Shown: positions 1 through 10,986, counted from the stretch's first letter. The stretch is DNA of 64,000 nucleotides from an uncultured Spirochaetota bacterium (GCA_963783575.1 CAWAOD010000009.1:96001-160000); one strand, 5' to 3'. A program made the numbers and translations. The notes: generated from the letters alone by a model not told the origin.

Positions 1-742
1 GTACACCGGTCAATATTACAAAATTATCATAGCGGTTTGTAAAATAAGAGACTATTCCTATGACCAGGCCAGTAAATAAGCAGGGCAGCCAGCCTTCTTT
101 AATGCCTTTCCATTTCCCTGTTATCCAGAGCATACACAATCCTATAAGGGTTGAAACCAGGGGAAGAAAATAAAAAAATATACTCCCGGCCTGAGAAAGT
201 GATATTTCATGGCCTTTACCCAGAAAACCGTTCGCAATATCGACAAACGCCACAATCGGCGCTCCCAGAAGGGCGTAAGTGCAGAGCGAATCATACCCAA
301 TGGCCGGAAGTGCGATAGCGACATATGTGGAATAACCCATGGCAATTAAAATCGGCGGCAGTAAAGAAACAGGTGTTGCTCCGACAGCGACCATAAGCGT
401 ACCGAACCCGATATTGATCATCATGATTTGTACGCCCCTGTTCTCACAGGCAATGGATTTAATGAAAATGATGATTCTTTTCAAGGCTCCGCATTTTTCC
501 ATATAAGCCATTTGCAGAAGCGATGTAGCCACGATAAGTGAAACAGGGAATGAACGTATGAAGCCCGATGCGGTTGATCTGAGGAGAACTTCTGCGGATG
601 TTTGAAAAACGAAAAATGCGGTAATACAGATAACCAGCCAGCCGATTATGCCGCTGAAATCCGCCGGTTTTTTCCAGATAATCAGGACACAAAGTAAAAC
701 TAAAATGGGAAGCAGGCTGAAAAATAGTAACCACAATGACAT
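1..742 (-). CDS. L-lactate permease family transporter, N-terminal part (runs off the window edge)
   Basis: Not in the ORF track because no stop lies in the window. ATG at 742 after GGAGG. Reads MSLWLLFFSLLPILVLLCVLIIWKKPAD...GFGTLMVAVGATPVSLLPPILIAMGYS...ALPAIGYD, a polytopic LctP-like pattern. Confidence 0.7.
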   Translation of the reverse strand, partial: MSLWLLFFSLLPILVLLCVLIIWKKPADFSGIIGWLVICITAFFVFQTSAEVLLRSTASGFIRSFPVSLIVATSLLQMAYMEKCGALKRIIIFIKSIACENRGVQIMMINIGFGTLMVAVGATPVSLLPPILIAMGYSTYVAIALPAIGYDSLCTYALLGAPIVAFVDIANGFLGKGHEISLSQAGSIFFYFLPLVSTLIGLCMLWITGKWKGIKEGWLPCLFTGLVIGIVSYFTNRYDNFVILTGV

Positions 743-843
743 GCTAACCTCCTAAATCAAATCTGAAGAGAAGTAAAGCAGTAATAGCCATAACTCTCTT
801 CAAACCGCACCTCGCTTCCTTCAAATATCTTCAAACCGGTTAA

Positions 844-1809
844 TTATTTTTGTATTAATTTTTGTATCTTGTATATTTTATTTATAATTTCTTTAGCGAT
901 TTTTAAAGCGGTAATATCAGCTTCAGGTTTATGAATCGGCTCCCTGTCCTCGTTAATGCATTCTATAAAATGAATTTGTTCCAGCCGGAGAGCGTTATCT
1001 TTATGTATGAAAACCCTTTCCACAACATTTTCCTGTTTATATTTTATCTCTTCTTTAAGCACAAGATAATCTTCCTGCGGCTGTCGGGTTATGGTAATTT
1101 CCTGCGTGTCATAATTTAACGAAACGTATGCACCTTCCTGGGAAATAGCCAGTGTTCTTGTTTTGTTTTCGGAAACACGGCTTGCCGTTATGTTAGCGAC
1201 AACCCCATTTTCAAAAAACAAAGAAGCATTTGCAACATCCTCAAAATCAGAATAAATCCTCTGCCCATGAGCGGCAATATCAACAACTTTAGATTGCGCT
1301 ATTGAGAGAACAATATCGATGTCATGGATCATTAAATCAAGAACCACACCGATATCTTTGATTCTGCTTCTAGGTCCCATCCTCTGGGCCTGGATAAGAT
1401 AAGGTTTGTTGACAATATGTTTGAGTTCCTGAACCGCGGCATTAAATCTTTCAACATGCCCCACCTGCATAAAAAGATTTTTCTTTTCGGCAAGTTCAAC
1501 AAGTTTCTCGGCAAAATACACTGTTTTTGTCATCGGTTTCTCAAGCAGGATATGTTTTCCCGCCATCATCGCCTCGGATGCGAATTTATAATGCAGATAG
1601 GTTGGAACCGCAATAATGATCGCATCAACCGATGATAAGAACTGTTGGAAATTCGTATAAGCTTTTACTCCGTATTGGGATGCAAGTTTTTTTACCAGAT
1701 CCTCATTAGAGTCGCAAATCGATACGAAGGCTACATTATTTACAGTTGATATGGTATTTATATGGTAACGGCCCATATGCCCAGTTCCAACAACTCCAAT
1801 TCTTAACAC
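844..1809 (-). CDS. Gfo/Idh/MocA oxidoreductase (GnnA-like UDP-sugar dehydrogenase)
   Basis: GVVGTGHMG Rossmann motif, EKPM, GHVERFN, DLMIHDID. Confidence 0.85.
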   Translation of the reverse strand: MLRIGVVGTGHMGRYHINTISTVNNVAFVSICDSNEDLVKKLASQYGVKAYTNFQQFLSSVDAIIIAVPTYLHYKFASEAMMAGKHILLEKPMTKTVYFAEKLVELAEKKNLFMQVGHVERFNAAVQELKHIVNKPYLIQAQRMGPRSRIKDIGVVLDLMIHDIDIVLSIAQSKVVDIAAHGQRIYSDFEDVANASLFFENGVVANITASRVSENKTRTLAISQEGAYVSLNYDTQEITITRQPQEDYLVLKEEIKYKQENVVERVFIHKDNALRLEQIHFIECINEDREPIHKPEADITALKIAKEIINKIYKIQKLIQK

Positions 1810-1831
1810 TTCAAGCTCCTGAATAAGTTTA

Positions 1832-2113
1832 TTATTTTATCCATATATCTTCAAGATCCTTATGGCTCATAAAATACCGGTATGCATATGAACAGCTTGC
1901 ATTAACTTTAAACCCGTTACTTTTTGCATAGTTTACCGCGAATGAAAGAATTTCATTTGCGATACCCTGATCTCTATATTCAGGCGGAACATAAGTATGA
2001 TAAAAATTTAATTCATTTTTACCCGTAATTTCATACTCCAGAACTGCTTCTTTTTCACCAAGCACACAGAAAAACTTTTTTTCGACAGAATTATGCTGAA
2101 TACTGATTTCCAT
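1832..2113 (-). CDS. Small GNAT acetyltransferase (YjdJ-like)
   Basis: HTYVPPEYRDQGIA...ASCSY; own promoter TTGATT-N17-TAGAAT upstream. Confidence 0.85.
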   Translation of the reverse strand: MEISIQHNSVEKKFFCVLGEKEAVLEYEITGKNELNFYHTYVPPEYRDQGIANEILSFAVNYAKSNGFKVNASCSYAYRYFMSHKDLEDIWIK

Positions 2114-2478
2114 ATTTCTCTCTATTAATTGCTAATAAATGAAGCTTAATAATTTACGCTATCATATAGATTCTAACATAATTCTTAAGTTTAATCAAAA
2201 AGATGACAATCTTAAAGATTTAATCCTCAATCCCGCTTTGTTTGTTTCAAACAAAAGCCAGTCAAGCAAAAAAGTGCCTTCATGAGCATAACAGCCTATC
2301 TTTTTCAGATACTTAAAAGCTGTTCTCGATTCACTCACAGGTAATTTTAACTTATAAAATTTGAATTGTTGATATTCTCAATTTGAAAGATTTTAGAAAA
2401 TAATATGCTATTCTTTGTAATTTAATGATATTAATTTATAATTTATAGGTTGAAAATCATAAATAGCGGGGAAATAAA

Positions 2479-3129
2479 ATGCAATTCAAAGCAATAATAT
2501 TCGACCTGGACGGGACACTTCTTGATACATTGGAAGATCTTGCAGAATCAATGAACAGCGTCCTTTTAAAAGCCGGGTTCAATACATATCCTGTGGAATC
2601 ATACAAATATTTTGTAGGAGGCGGAATGGAAACTCTTGTCGAACGAACTCTGCCTGAAGGCTTAAAAACCGGCGGCAGAATAAAAGAATTCTTAAATCTA
2701 ATGCGGGAAGAATATGGTAAAAGATGGTCGAATAAAACACATCCATATAATGGAATTCCGGAATTACTGGATGAGCTGGAAAACCGGGATTTGAAAAAAG
2801 CAGTGCTTTCAAACAAACCCGATGATTTTACGAAGGCCGTAGTGTCGAAGCTTCTGCCGGAATGGAAATTTGATGTCGTTAGAGGCCAGAAAAAAGGCGT
2901 CCGAAAAAACCCAATCCGGCCGGGGCTTTAGAGATTGCCTCTCAAATGGAAATTCCACCGGGTGATTTTATTTACCTTGGAGATACAAATACCGATATGC
3001 AGACAGCAATCACGGCAGGGATGTTTCCCGCCGGCGCTCTTTGGGGTTTCAGAACCGCCGGAGAAACTCCTGGCGGCCGGAGCAAAAGAACTTATTGAAA
3101 AACCTTCGGATTTGCTGAAATTTCTTTAA
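2479..3129 (+). CDS. HAD hydrolase (phosphoglycolate phosphatase-like), frameshifted
   Basis: DLDGTLLDT and SNK motifs; the YLGDTNTD motif lies in another frame after ~2930. Confidence 0.8.
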
Positions 3130-3134
3130 ACAAG

Positions 3135-4352
3135 TTAAGAATCTAACTTGTAAAATTCTCTTTCCAGTTTTTCGTAATAATCGATCGCTTTCCTGACATA
3201 AACCCTTTTTTCGGAATATGGCCGGTAAAAAAACGATCTTTTGAAGCCGTAAACAATAATGTCTTTAAGCTGTCCCGGCGTTATTGAAAAATGTGTAACG
3301 GCAAGCTTGATTTCATTGCTTACATTTGTATGCGAAATAAGCCTGTTGTCCGTACAGATCGAAATCGACAGCTTATTCTCAAGCATCTTTTTAAATGAAT
3401 GATTCTTAATATTCTGCAGTTTCGGTACGGTCTGGAGGTTGCTTGTAAGGCAAACTTCAATGGTAATGCGCTTGTCGGCGATATAATTAGTGAGGTTCCG
3501 GATATATTTCTTTTTGTCCTTATTTTCTTTTGAGAAAATCATATCCTCATCAAAAAGAAACAGACCATGTCCAATCCTGTCGGCATGAAGTTCAGTAATT
3601 GCAAGGAATATCGATTCCGGCCCAAAAGCCTCTCCGGCATGAACCGTTTTTTTAATAAAGTGCTTATGGATATAATCGTAAGAAAGCTTATGATCGTCAG
3701 CCGGGTATCCGAATTCGCTCCCGGCAAGATCAAAAGCCACAACCTGGATGTCGGAATTATTTTTTAATTCAACTATAGCTTTTGCGAGTTCCAGCGAAGC
3801 AAACTGGATTTTCTCAAGTGTTGATGAATATTTATGAAGTGAGAACAAATTTTTGTAATATTCCGAAAAATTCTCATTGCAATACCGCATAGCGCAGGCA
3901 ATAATCCCATAATCAAAAGGTGGTTCATCCGCAGGTATTTTGGAATTTATAGAGCTTCTGGCCGATCTTAAACCACTGTCGACAGCGGCCATAACGTCCT
4001 CGAATGAATTTTTCCCATTCATATGAAGCTGCGGAGCAAACCTGACTTCTATATATCTGACGCCTTCATCAAAATTGTCAACGGCAAGCTCATAAGAAAC
4101 CCTTTCCAGTGATTCCCTGTCCTGCAGTACTGCGGTTGTAAATGCAAAGCCCTGTAAATATTCCTCAAGCGAGGAATAGCTTTTCTTAAAGACTAGTTCA
4201 TTAAGCCCTTCTTCGGTATATGAAGGGAGGGTAACTCTCCTTTCCTTAGCCAGTTCGATCAATGTTGACAGTCTGAGTGACCCATCCAGGTGAACATGCA
4301 AATCCGTTTTCGGTATCCGCCTGATAAAGTCATCCGAAAAAAATCCCGGCAT
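3135..4352 (-). CDS. add: Adenosine deaminase family protein
   Basis: DLHVHLDGS, HAGEA, RIGHG and TDN motifs; likely start MPGFF. Confidence 0.88.
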   Translation of the reverse strand: MPGFFSDDFIRRIPKTDLHVHLDGSLRLSTLIELAKERRVTLPSYTEEGLNELVFKKSYSSLEEYLQGFAFTTAVLQDRESLERVSYELAVDNFDEGVRYIEVRFAPQLHMNGKNSFEDVMAAVDSGLRSARSSINSKIPADEPPFDYGIIACAMRYCNENFSEYYKNLFSLHKYSSTLEKIQFASLELAKAIVELKNNSDIQVVAFDLAGSEFGYPADDHKLSYDYIHKHFIKKTVHAGEAFGPESIFLAITELHADRIGHGLFLFDEDMIFSKENKDKKKYIRNLTNYIADKRITIEVCLTSNLQTVPKLQNIKNHSFKKMLENKLSISICTDNRLISHTNVSNEIKLAVTHFSITPGQLKDIIVYGFKRSFFYRPYSEKRVYVRKAIDYYEKLEREFYKLDS

Positions 4353-4402
4353 TGTAAACCCCCAATAATACAGAAATCTTGGATTCAATTTTATATAATA
4401 AC

Positions 4403-5086
4403 CTATTTTGAAGGAATATTTCCTTTTGCGGTGATTTTTACAGACACATTATATGTTTCATTGCTAACCTCGAATACAAATTTCGGTAGATTCAAGGCGG
4501 CCTGCAGTAAAATATCGTTTGAGGCGCCGGCAATAAACAGCGGCTTTGTTTCAACATAATTCAGTTGCGTAAGGACTTCCGAAGGGCCTTTTATATAAGC
4601 CAGATTTTTATCCATTATGATGTCCTCAATCTTATATCCTTCTTTCGGATTACCGGATATAATAGGCTGAATAAAAACTATTTTACTGACAATCCTGTCG
4701 ATTTTTACGCTTACCCTTTCTTTCTGAAGATTAATGATCAAGTCGGATTGAGGCTCATTAATGACAATCTCTATTTTATAATATTTTGTCCCTGGAATTG
4801 CATTTTCAAGATTAACCACAGGCTTAATGATTTTCGATATTGAGATATTTTTTAATTTTTCAATCCTGCCTTTAATTATAAATGAAGCAGCCGTATCCGA
4901 ACTTTCAAGCATTATTAGATCGGCCGGAAGATTTAAATATTGGATGGGGATTGTAAAGCTCTGTTCGATATATGATAAGGAATTGACATAAAACCATAGC
5001 AAAATTGCTATAAACAATGATATCAGCTTTATCTGCCATTCTTCAATTATAAAATTCAGGATCTTATTCCATACCCCAGATTTCAT
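4403..5086 (-). CDS. cdaR: YbbR/CdaR diadenylate cyclase regulator
   Basis: N-terminal TM helix KLISLFIAILLWFYV followed by two YbbR-like repeats; directly downstream of cdaA. Confidence 0.85.
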   Translation of the reverse strand: MKSGVWNKILNFIIEEWQIKLISLFIAILLWFYVNSLSYIEQSFTIPIQYLNLPADLIMLESSDTAASFIIKGRIEKLKNISISKIIKPVVNLENAIPGTKYYKIEIVINEPQSDLIINLQKERVSVKIDRIVSKIVFIQPIISGNPKEGYKIEDIIMDKNLAYIKGPSEVLTQLNYVETKPLFIAGASNDILLQAALNLPKFVFEVSNETYNVSVKITAKGNIPSK

Positions 5087-5834
5087 TGATTCTTTCTGTA
5101 AAATTCTCATAAGCTATTTCCTGTTCAATTTTTCCCTTATACGCGATGGAAACCTTCCCTGTTTCCTCCGAAACAATAATACTTATAGCATCGCTGTCGG
5201 TTGTAACGGCAATGCCGGCCCTGTGCCTTGTTCCCAGTCCGCTCTTGCTTTTCAGCATAGCTTCGACCTTCACCGAGGGAATGATTACCTGAGCCGCACT
5301 GATTCTGTCTCCCTGAATAAGGACAGCCCCGTCATGCAAAATGCTCCCCTTATAAAATATCGACAGTAGAAGTTCGGCTTTTACTGCGGAATCAAGCTGC
5401 ACAGCCTCATCCAGAAGCTGCTTAAGCCCCACTTTTCTTTCAAGTATTATAAGCCCTCCGATCCTTTTTTCACTCATTCTATAAATCGCTTCGGAAATTT
5501 CATTGAGGGTTTCCATGGAAACCTTCCCACTTATCCCGGCAATACCACTCTGCCCGATCCTGGATAGCACCCTCCTAATTTCCGGCTGAAACAAAACAAC
5601 AAGTAAAATAACAAAATAACTCACAACATATCTGAATATCCACGCTAGCGTTTTTAAATCTATGAATTTTGCAATAACATATATTACTACAACAACAAAA
5701 AAGCCTTTTATAATTGTAATGGAATTAGTATCCTCAAAAAGTTTATAGATAAAATATAAAAGATACGCCACACAAACAATATCTATTATATTTTTAATGA
5801 TCTGAATTACAGAAGAATCCAATAGATTTTCCAT
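5064..5834 (-). CDS. cdaA: Diadenylate cyclase CdaA/DacA
   Basis: Three TM helices, FQPEIR, HDGA and GTRHRA catalytic motifs. Confidence 0.95.
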   Translation of the reverse strand: MENLLDSSVIQIIKNIIDIVCVAYLLYFIYKLFEDTNSITIIKGFFVVVVIYVIAKFIDLKTLAWIFRYVVSYFVILLVVLFQPEIRRVLSRIGQSGIAGISGKVSMETLNEISEAIYRMSEKRIGGLIILERKVGLKQLLDEAVQLDSAVKAELLLSIFYKGSILHDGAVLIQGDRISAAQVIIPSVKVEAMLKSKSGLGTRHRAGIAVTTDSDAISIIVSEETGKVSIAYKGKIEQEIAYENFTERINEIWGME

Positions 5835-5843
5835 AAAATACCC

Positions 5844-6694
5844 TCACCATACCGCCGCAGACAAGTATCCCACAACCCTGGAAAAATCTCCCGATGTTTC
5901 GCCGGAATTTCTATAAACAAGCGTTTTTATATTATTCCTTTTAAGCATCAGAGCCAGTTCCAGAAATGTGCAGATCGGGCCTGCCCCGCAAGCCTCAACG
6001 CTTCCCTGTATCGCTTCTTCGATCAGCTTATTTGAATTCATCTGCTCCAGCATACCGATCAGCCTATTATCCAATTTTTTGGCTTCCTTATCATTATGAT
6101 AATGAGATAGATCGCTCGAAACAACAACAATATATTGCCGTTCATAATCTTTAAGCAGGCTGAATAGAATTTCCAGCCCAATTTAACATTCCTTACAGTC
6201 TGTTCACCCATAAGAATAGGAACGATCTTAAAATCACCGTTTAAAACCGTCTGTAAAAATGGAAGCTGAACTTCAAGGCTATGTTCCTTAACATGAGCCG
6301 TATTGACATAATCGAATGTACCCTTTCCAATATCGGCAAGGGATTTTATTAATTCAATATCAACCGGAATCTCACCGAGCGGCGTTTTAAATGACTTATA
6401 ATAGGAAAGCGCAAATCCCTCAAAAAATGTAAAATGGCTCGGCCCGATTAAAATAACCGTATCTATCGATTTTTGCTTTATCAGCGAATACGCGTAAGCG
6501 GCAATTTGCCCGGAGTAAACATATCCCGCATGGGGCACGATAATCCCGAAGTAATTGTCAACAGCATTTTTTTTAAAATAATCAACCGTTTCGTTTGGAA
6601 CATTCGAAATATAATTATTAATCATCCTTTTTAAATTAATAGTATCATCGGGATAAAACAAACTTGCAACGGCCGGTTTTCTGACTTCGTCCAT
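5844..6694 (-). CDS. amrB: AmmeMemoRadiSam system protein B (MEMO1 family), frameshifted
   Basis: RKPAVASLFYP, PHAGYVYSG, EHSLEVQLPFLQ; C-terminal ACGAGP...VVGY is in ORF 5844-6074. Confidence 0.88.
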
Positions 6695-6802
6695 ACATTG
6701 AACCTCTGCGCAATCGTTGCGCATGCAGAACTGTCGTTCTGCACTATCTTTATTTACTTGTAAAACTATCATGGAACATCCTGTTCCCTTTGTTGCTTGG
6801 AG

Positions 6803-7419
6803 TCAGTAGAAAGCAGTAAATTCCTTAAAACTGGAAACTTTTGTGCAATCCGTATTTAATTTCCCAAAGCCATATGCGGCAAAAATAAAATCTATGTCGG
6901 CTTCATCGGATGCTTCCTTGTCAGAGATTGTATCACCGATATAAACTGCATTTTGCAGATTGTGTTTTTCTACCAGTTTCTTTATCATTTCCGCTTTGGA
7001 AAGATTGCTCTTCCCAAAACAATCTGAACCGGTTATATACAAACTTAATTTCGAATGCTTTATAAAAGCATCCAGATACCAGTCATCGCAATTGCTGACA
7101 ATAAATATCCTGTAAAACTTTGACAGTGATTCAATGCCTTTTTCAACATAATCATATATTATTCCGCCGATATTTTCAATAAAACCCTTTTCATAATAAT
7201 TCATTTTTTCTATAATATCAGGATATTTTTTATAATTCCCGGATATAAAATATCAAGACATTTAACAAAGGGATTACCGATTACTTTTCTTAAATCTTCT
7301 TCTTTCACAATAATATTTATCCCGAGAGCTTGAAAACCTTTTGTCCAGGCTTCCGAACTGATTCTCAGCGAATTCCATAAAGTCCCGTCAAGATCAAAAA
7401 TAATCGAGTCGTACTTCAT
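6803..7419 (-). CDS. HAD hydrolase, frameshifted
   Basis: FDLDGTLW in ORF 7210-7419; SN, YIGD and YGFG in ORF 6803-7204. Confidence 0.8.
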
Positions 7420-7420
7420 A

Positions 7421-8176
7421 TCACTGCATTACCATACCGCCGTCGACATTCAGAACCTGGCCGGTAATATATTTTGCCCTTTCAGAAACCAGGAACATAA
7501 CCGCGTCGGCAACATCATCAGGCGATCCGTAAGCTTTCATGGGTATTGTTTCCTTTATCTTTTCGGATACTTCCTCAGACAGGGCTTCGGTCATATCCGA
7601 ACGGATATATCCGGGTGCGACGGCATTAACCCTAATCCCCCTTCCTGCCAATTCTTTCGCCGATGTTTTTGTCAAACCGATCAAACCGGCCTTTGAAGCC
7701 GAATAATTTGCCTGCCCGACATTACCCATTATCCCAACTACACTTGCTATATTTACGATACTGCCGCTATTCTGCTTGAGCATTTGTTTTGAAACATATT
7801 TTGTACAGAGAAAAGCGCCGGTTAAATTGATTGAAATCACTAAATCCCATGATGCTTTCGGCATTATCATCAATCTTGCATCCTTTGTTATACCTGCATT
7901 ATTAACCAGGATATCAATTTTTGAGTATTTTTTTACAATATCATCAATCACTTCTCGTGTTGATTCTTCGGAAGAAACGTCATGCCTTAAAGAAAAAGCT
8001 TCAACATGATATTTTTCGCTAATTTCATCAGCGGTTTTCCTCGCCATTTCCTCATTAATGTCTGTTATGATTATTTTCACACTTTCTTCAGCCAGTCTTT
8101 CGGCAATCGCGCGGCCTATACCACGGGCGCTTCCGGTAATTAAAGCAACTCTGCTTTTAAGTCCAAGTTCATCCAT
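7421..8176 (-). CDS. fabG: 3-oxoacyl-ACP reductase
   Basis: TGSARGIG, NNAG, GQANYSASK, GQVLNVDGG. Confidence 0.92.
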   Translation of the reverse strand: MDELGLKSRVALITGSARGIGRAIAERLAEESVKIIITDINEEMARKTADEISEKYHVEAFSLRHDVSSEESTREVIDDIVKKYSKIDILVNNAGITKDARLMIMPKASWDLVISINLTGAFLCTKYVSKQMLKQNSGSIVNIASVVGIMGNVGQANYSASKAGLIGLTKTSAKELAGRGIRVNAVAPGYIRSDMTEALSEEVSEKIKETIPMKAYGSPDDVADAVMFLVSERAKYITGQVLNVDGGMVMQ

Positions 8177-8191
8177 TTATTCCTCCTTCAA

Positions 8192-9334
8192 TCAGCCTGA
8201 GATTTCCCGGATAACCCGCAAAGTCTTTTCAATTTCTTCTTCCGTGTTGAAATATCCAATGCTTATTCTGACCGATCCTTCGGGAAATGTACCCAAAAAT
8301 TTATGCATTACCGGGGCGCAATGGAGCCCGGCCCTGACGGCAATATTTTCCGACTCTAGAATTGAGGCAGTTTCCACAGGTATAAGCCCGGCTAAATTAA
8401 AACTGATTATTCCAATCCCCTCATTGGGGTCTTCAGTTGTATATATTTTAATACCCTTTATTCTGCGCATTTCTTCATACATGATATTTTTTAAAAGTTT
8501 TTCTTTTTCCTGTATTTTCCCAATTCCGGTATCATTGATAAACCGAATCCCTTCAGCAAGCCCTGCTATCCCGGCGATATTTGGGGTTCCTGCCTCAAGC
8601 CTAAAAGGCATTTCTTCAGGGTGGCTTTCCGTTTCGGACTCCATTCCACTCCCGCCAACCCGGTAATAATCAAGGTTAACCCTGTCAGAAACATAAAGCC
8701 CGCCTGTTCCTGTCGGTCCGTAAAGAGCCTTGTGCCCTGTAAAAGCAAGAAGGTCTATCTTCATTTTTAATACATCAATTGGAATTATCCCTGCCGTCTG
8801 AGCCGCATCAACAAGAAAAAAAGCGCCGGAATTCGCATTCACAACATTCCCGATATCTTCAACGGGCTGGATCCATCCGGTAACATTAGAAGCATGGTTC
8901 AAAACAACAAGTTTGGTTTTTTTTGTCAATTTACTTTTTATCATACCCGGCAGGACTTTCCCCCCGGCCGGATCGATTCTGACAATTTTGATATTTTTTC
9001 TTAAAGAAAGAAGGCTGAGAGGCCGCGATAGCGAATTATGATCGAGTGATGTTGTAATTACCTCATCGCCGTCGAGTAGTACTCCCTGAAGAGCAATATT
9101 CAGTGAATCCGTGGCGTTATAAGTAAAAGCAATGTTCTTACTTACCGGCGCATTGAATAAATCGGCTAATGCCCTCCTTGTACTTTCCATCATCTGGTTT
9201 GCATGGATGGAAAGCATATGGCCGGAACGTCCCGGATTAGCGCCGTAATTGCGGTAAAACCTATCCATTTCTTTATATACTGACTCTGGTTTCGGGAAAC
9301 TTGTCGCTGAATTATCTAAATAAATCATATACAT
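8192..9334 (-). CDS. Class V aminotransferase, cysteine desulfurase family
   Basis: YLDNSATS, DAAQ, GHK PLP lysine, RAGLHCAP. Confidence 0.9.
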   Translation of the reverse strand: MYMIYLDNSATSFPKPESVYKEMDRFYRNYGANPGRSGHMLSIHANQMMESTRRALADLFNAPVSKNIAFTYNATDSLNIALQGVLLDGDEVITTSLDHNSLSRPLSLLSLRKNIKIVRIDPAGGKVLPGMIKSKLTKKTKLVVLNHASNVTGWIQPVEDIGNVVNANSGAFFLVDAAQTAGIIPIDVLKMKIDLLAFTGHKALYGPTGTGGLYVSDRVNLDYYRVGGSGMESETESHPEEMPFRLEAGTPNIAGIAGLAEGIRFINDTGIGKIQEKEKLLKNIMYEEMRRIKGIKIYTTEDPNEGIGIISFNLAGLIPVETASILESENIAVRAGLHCAPVMHKFLGTFPEGSVRISIGYFNTEEEIEKTLRVIREISG

Positions 9335-9461
9335 TATTTTAAAGCCAAATATTATGATGTCAATAAAAATGAATTAAATGATATTTGAATATTTTTGATA
9401 CTACAGCGGAATATTGAGTCTATAATAATATCTGTTTGATATGGGTTGAGCATCATGCTCA

Positions 9462-10475
9462 TTAAAATAAATTCATCTCTTCTTCTTTCATTTTATATCC
9501 CAGATGTTCATAAGCAAGCCTGGAGGCTAGCCGTCCGCGCGGGCCCCTTTTGATGAATCCGTTCTGAATAAGAAAAGGCTCATAAACATCCTCAATTGTT
9601 TCAACTTCTTCGCTGACAGCAGCTGCCAGCGCTGAGACACCGACAGGCCCGCCGTTATAGTGTTCGATGATTACTTTCATAATCCTTCTATCCATGGCAT
9701 CAAGACCTTTTTCATCTACCTCAAGTTTTAAAAGAGCATAATCGGCAAAGGATTTTTCTATTTCCATCTTATTTTCAACAAGCGCGTAATCGCTGACTCT
9801 TTTTAGAAGGCGGTTTGCTATCCTAGGTGTGCCGCGCGCCCTCTTGGCAATTTCTAGGATACCGTTTTTATCTATATTTACATCAAGTATTTTTGCGCTT
9901 CTATCGATTATACGCCTGAGGCTTTCAGAATCATAAAAATCAAGGCGCTCTATAATTCCGAACCTGGAACGCAAAGGGCCTGTAATTGAACCGATCCGCG
10001 TAGTCGCACCAATAAGAGTAAAATGCGGAAGTGTGATCCTCAGCGTCCTTGCACCTGTTCCTTCTCCGATGATTATATCAACCTTAAAGTCCTCCATGGC
10101 GGAATAAAGGACTTCTTCCAGAACTTTTTTCAACCTGTGGATTTCGTCAATAAAAAGTATATCCCCCTCTTCCAGTGTCGTAAGGATGGCCATAAGGTCT
10201 CCCTGCTTTTCTATTGCGGGGGCGGTAGTAATTTTTATTGTTTTACCGAGTTCGTTTGAAATAATTTTTGCCAGCGTTGTTTTTCCAAGGCCGGGTGGAC
10301 CGTAAAGTATTGTATGATCAAGAGTCGTTTCTCTAATTTTTGCAGCCGTTACAAAAACCTTAATATTCTCTTTCACTTTATCCTGCCCGACAAAATCTTC
10401 AAAAGTCTGAGGCCTGAGTGTATCGTCCATATCACCCTTAAGAAAATCGGATGTTGTCAGCTTCTCTTCTATCAT
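9462..10475 (-). CDS. ruvB: Holliday junction helicase RuvB
   Basis: LRP, GPPGLGKT, FIDEIHR, GATTR, RGTPRIA. Confidence 0.98.
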   Translation of the reverse strand: MIEEKLTTSDFLKGDMDDTLRPQTFEDFVGQDKVKENIKVFVTAAKIRETTLDHTILYGPPGLGKTTLAKIISNELGKTIKITTAPAIEKQGDLMAILTTLEEGDILFIDEIHRLKKVLEEVLYSAMEDFKVDIIIGEGTGARTLRITLPHFTLIGATTRIGSITGPLRSRFGIIERLDFYDSESLRRIIDRSAKILDVNIDKNGILEIAKRARGTPRIANRLLKRVSDYALVENKMEIEKSFADYALLKLEVDEKGLDAMDRRIMKVIIEHYNGGPVGVSALAAAVSEEVETIEDVYEPFLIQNGFIKRGPRGRLASRLAYEHLGYKMKEEEMNLF

Positions 10476-10640
10476 ATCAGCCTTCTTTAAAAATGATCTT
10501 TAGCTAATATTTCATTAAAAATAACATCAGCAATTCTGAACAATTCCTTTTATAAGAATTGTATCCTGATTTTAATGTATTTGAATCATAATCATTATAA
10601 AGTGGAACTTTCTTTTTAACAAAAAGTAAAGAAGAAAAAT

Positions 10641-10669
10641 TTGACTAATTCTTTAATATAGAATAAAAT
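10641..10669 (+). promoter_or_regulatory. sigma70 promoter of rpsT-HU
   Basis: TTGACT-N17-TAAAAT. Confidence 0.65.
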
Positions 10670-10701
10670 ATTTACTAATATGGATTGAAAAGGAGGAGAT
10701 T

Positions 10702-10986
10702 GTGCCATTAATTAAATCTGCCAAAAAGAGAATGAGGCAGGAAGGTAAACGTAAAGGAAGAAATAAGGCTTTGAAGAGTTTTATGAAAAATTTAAAGAAA
10801 AAGACCCTATCTATATTAAATGATGAAAATGCAAAAAAAGAAAATGTAATAACGGCTTTAAATTATTATAAATCTAAGCTGGATAAAGCCTGGGCTCAAG
10901 GCATAAATAAAAGGAATAAATCTTCCAGGTTAAAATCAAGAATTGATCTTTCTTTTGCAGTCAAGTTTCCTGTTGAAAAAAAGTAG
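10702..10986 (+). CDS. rpsT: 30S ribosomal protein S20
   Basis: KSAKKR...RNKALKS...KNKSSRLKSR-like pattern; strong RBS. Confidence 0.92.
   Translation: MPLIKSAKKRMRQEGKRKGRNKALKSFMKNLKKKTLSILNDENAKKENVITALNYYKSKLDKAWAQGINKRNKSSRLKSRIDLSFAVKFPVEKK

Noticed and set aside
142..734. Track ORFs 142-345 and 459-734
   Set aside because: Alternative frames inside the lactate permease gene
8058..8666. Long antisense ORFs (also 41335-41844, 47599-48009 and others)
   Set aside because: Shadows of well-supported genes on the opposite strand, with no recognisable motifs
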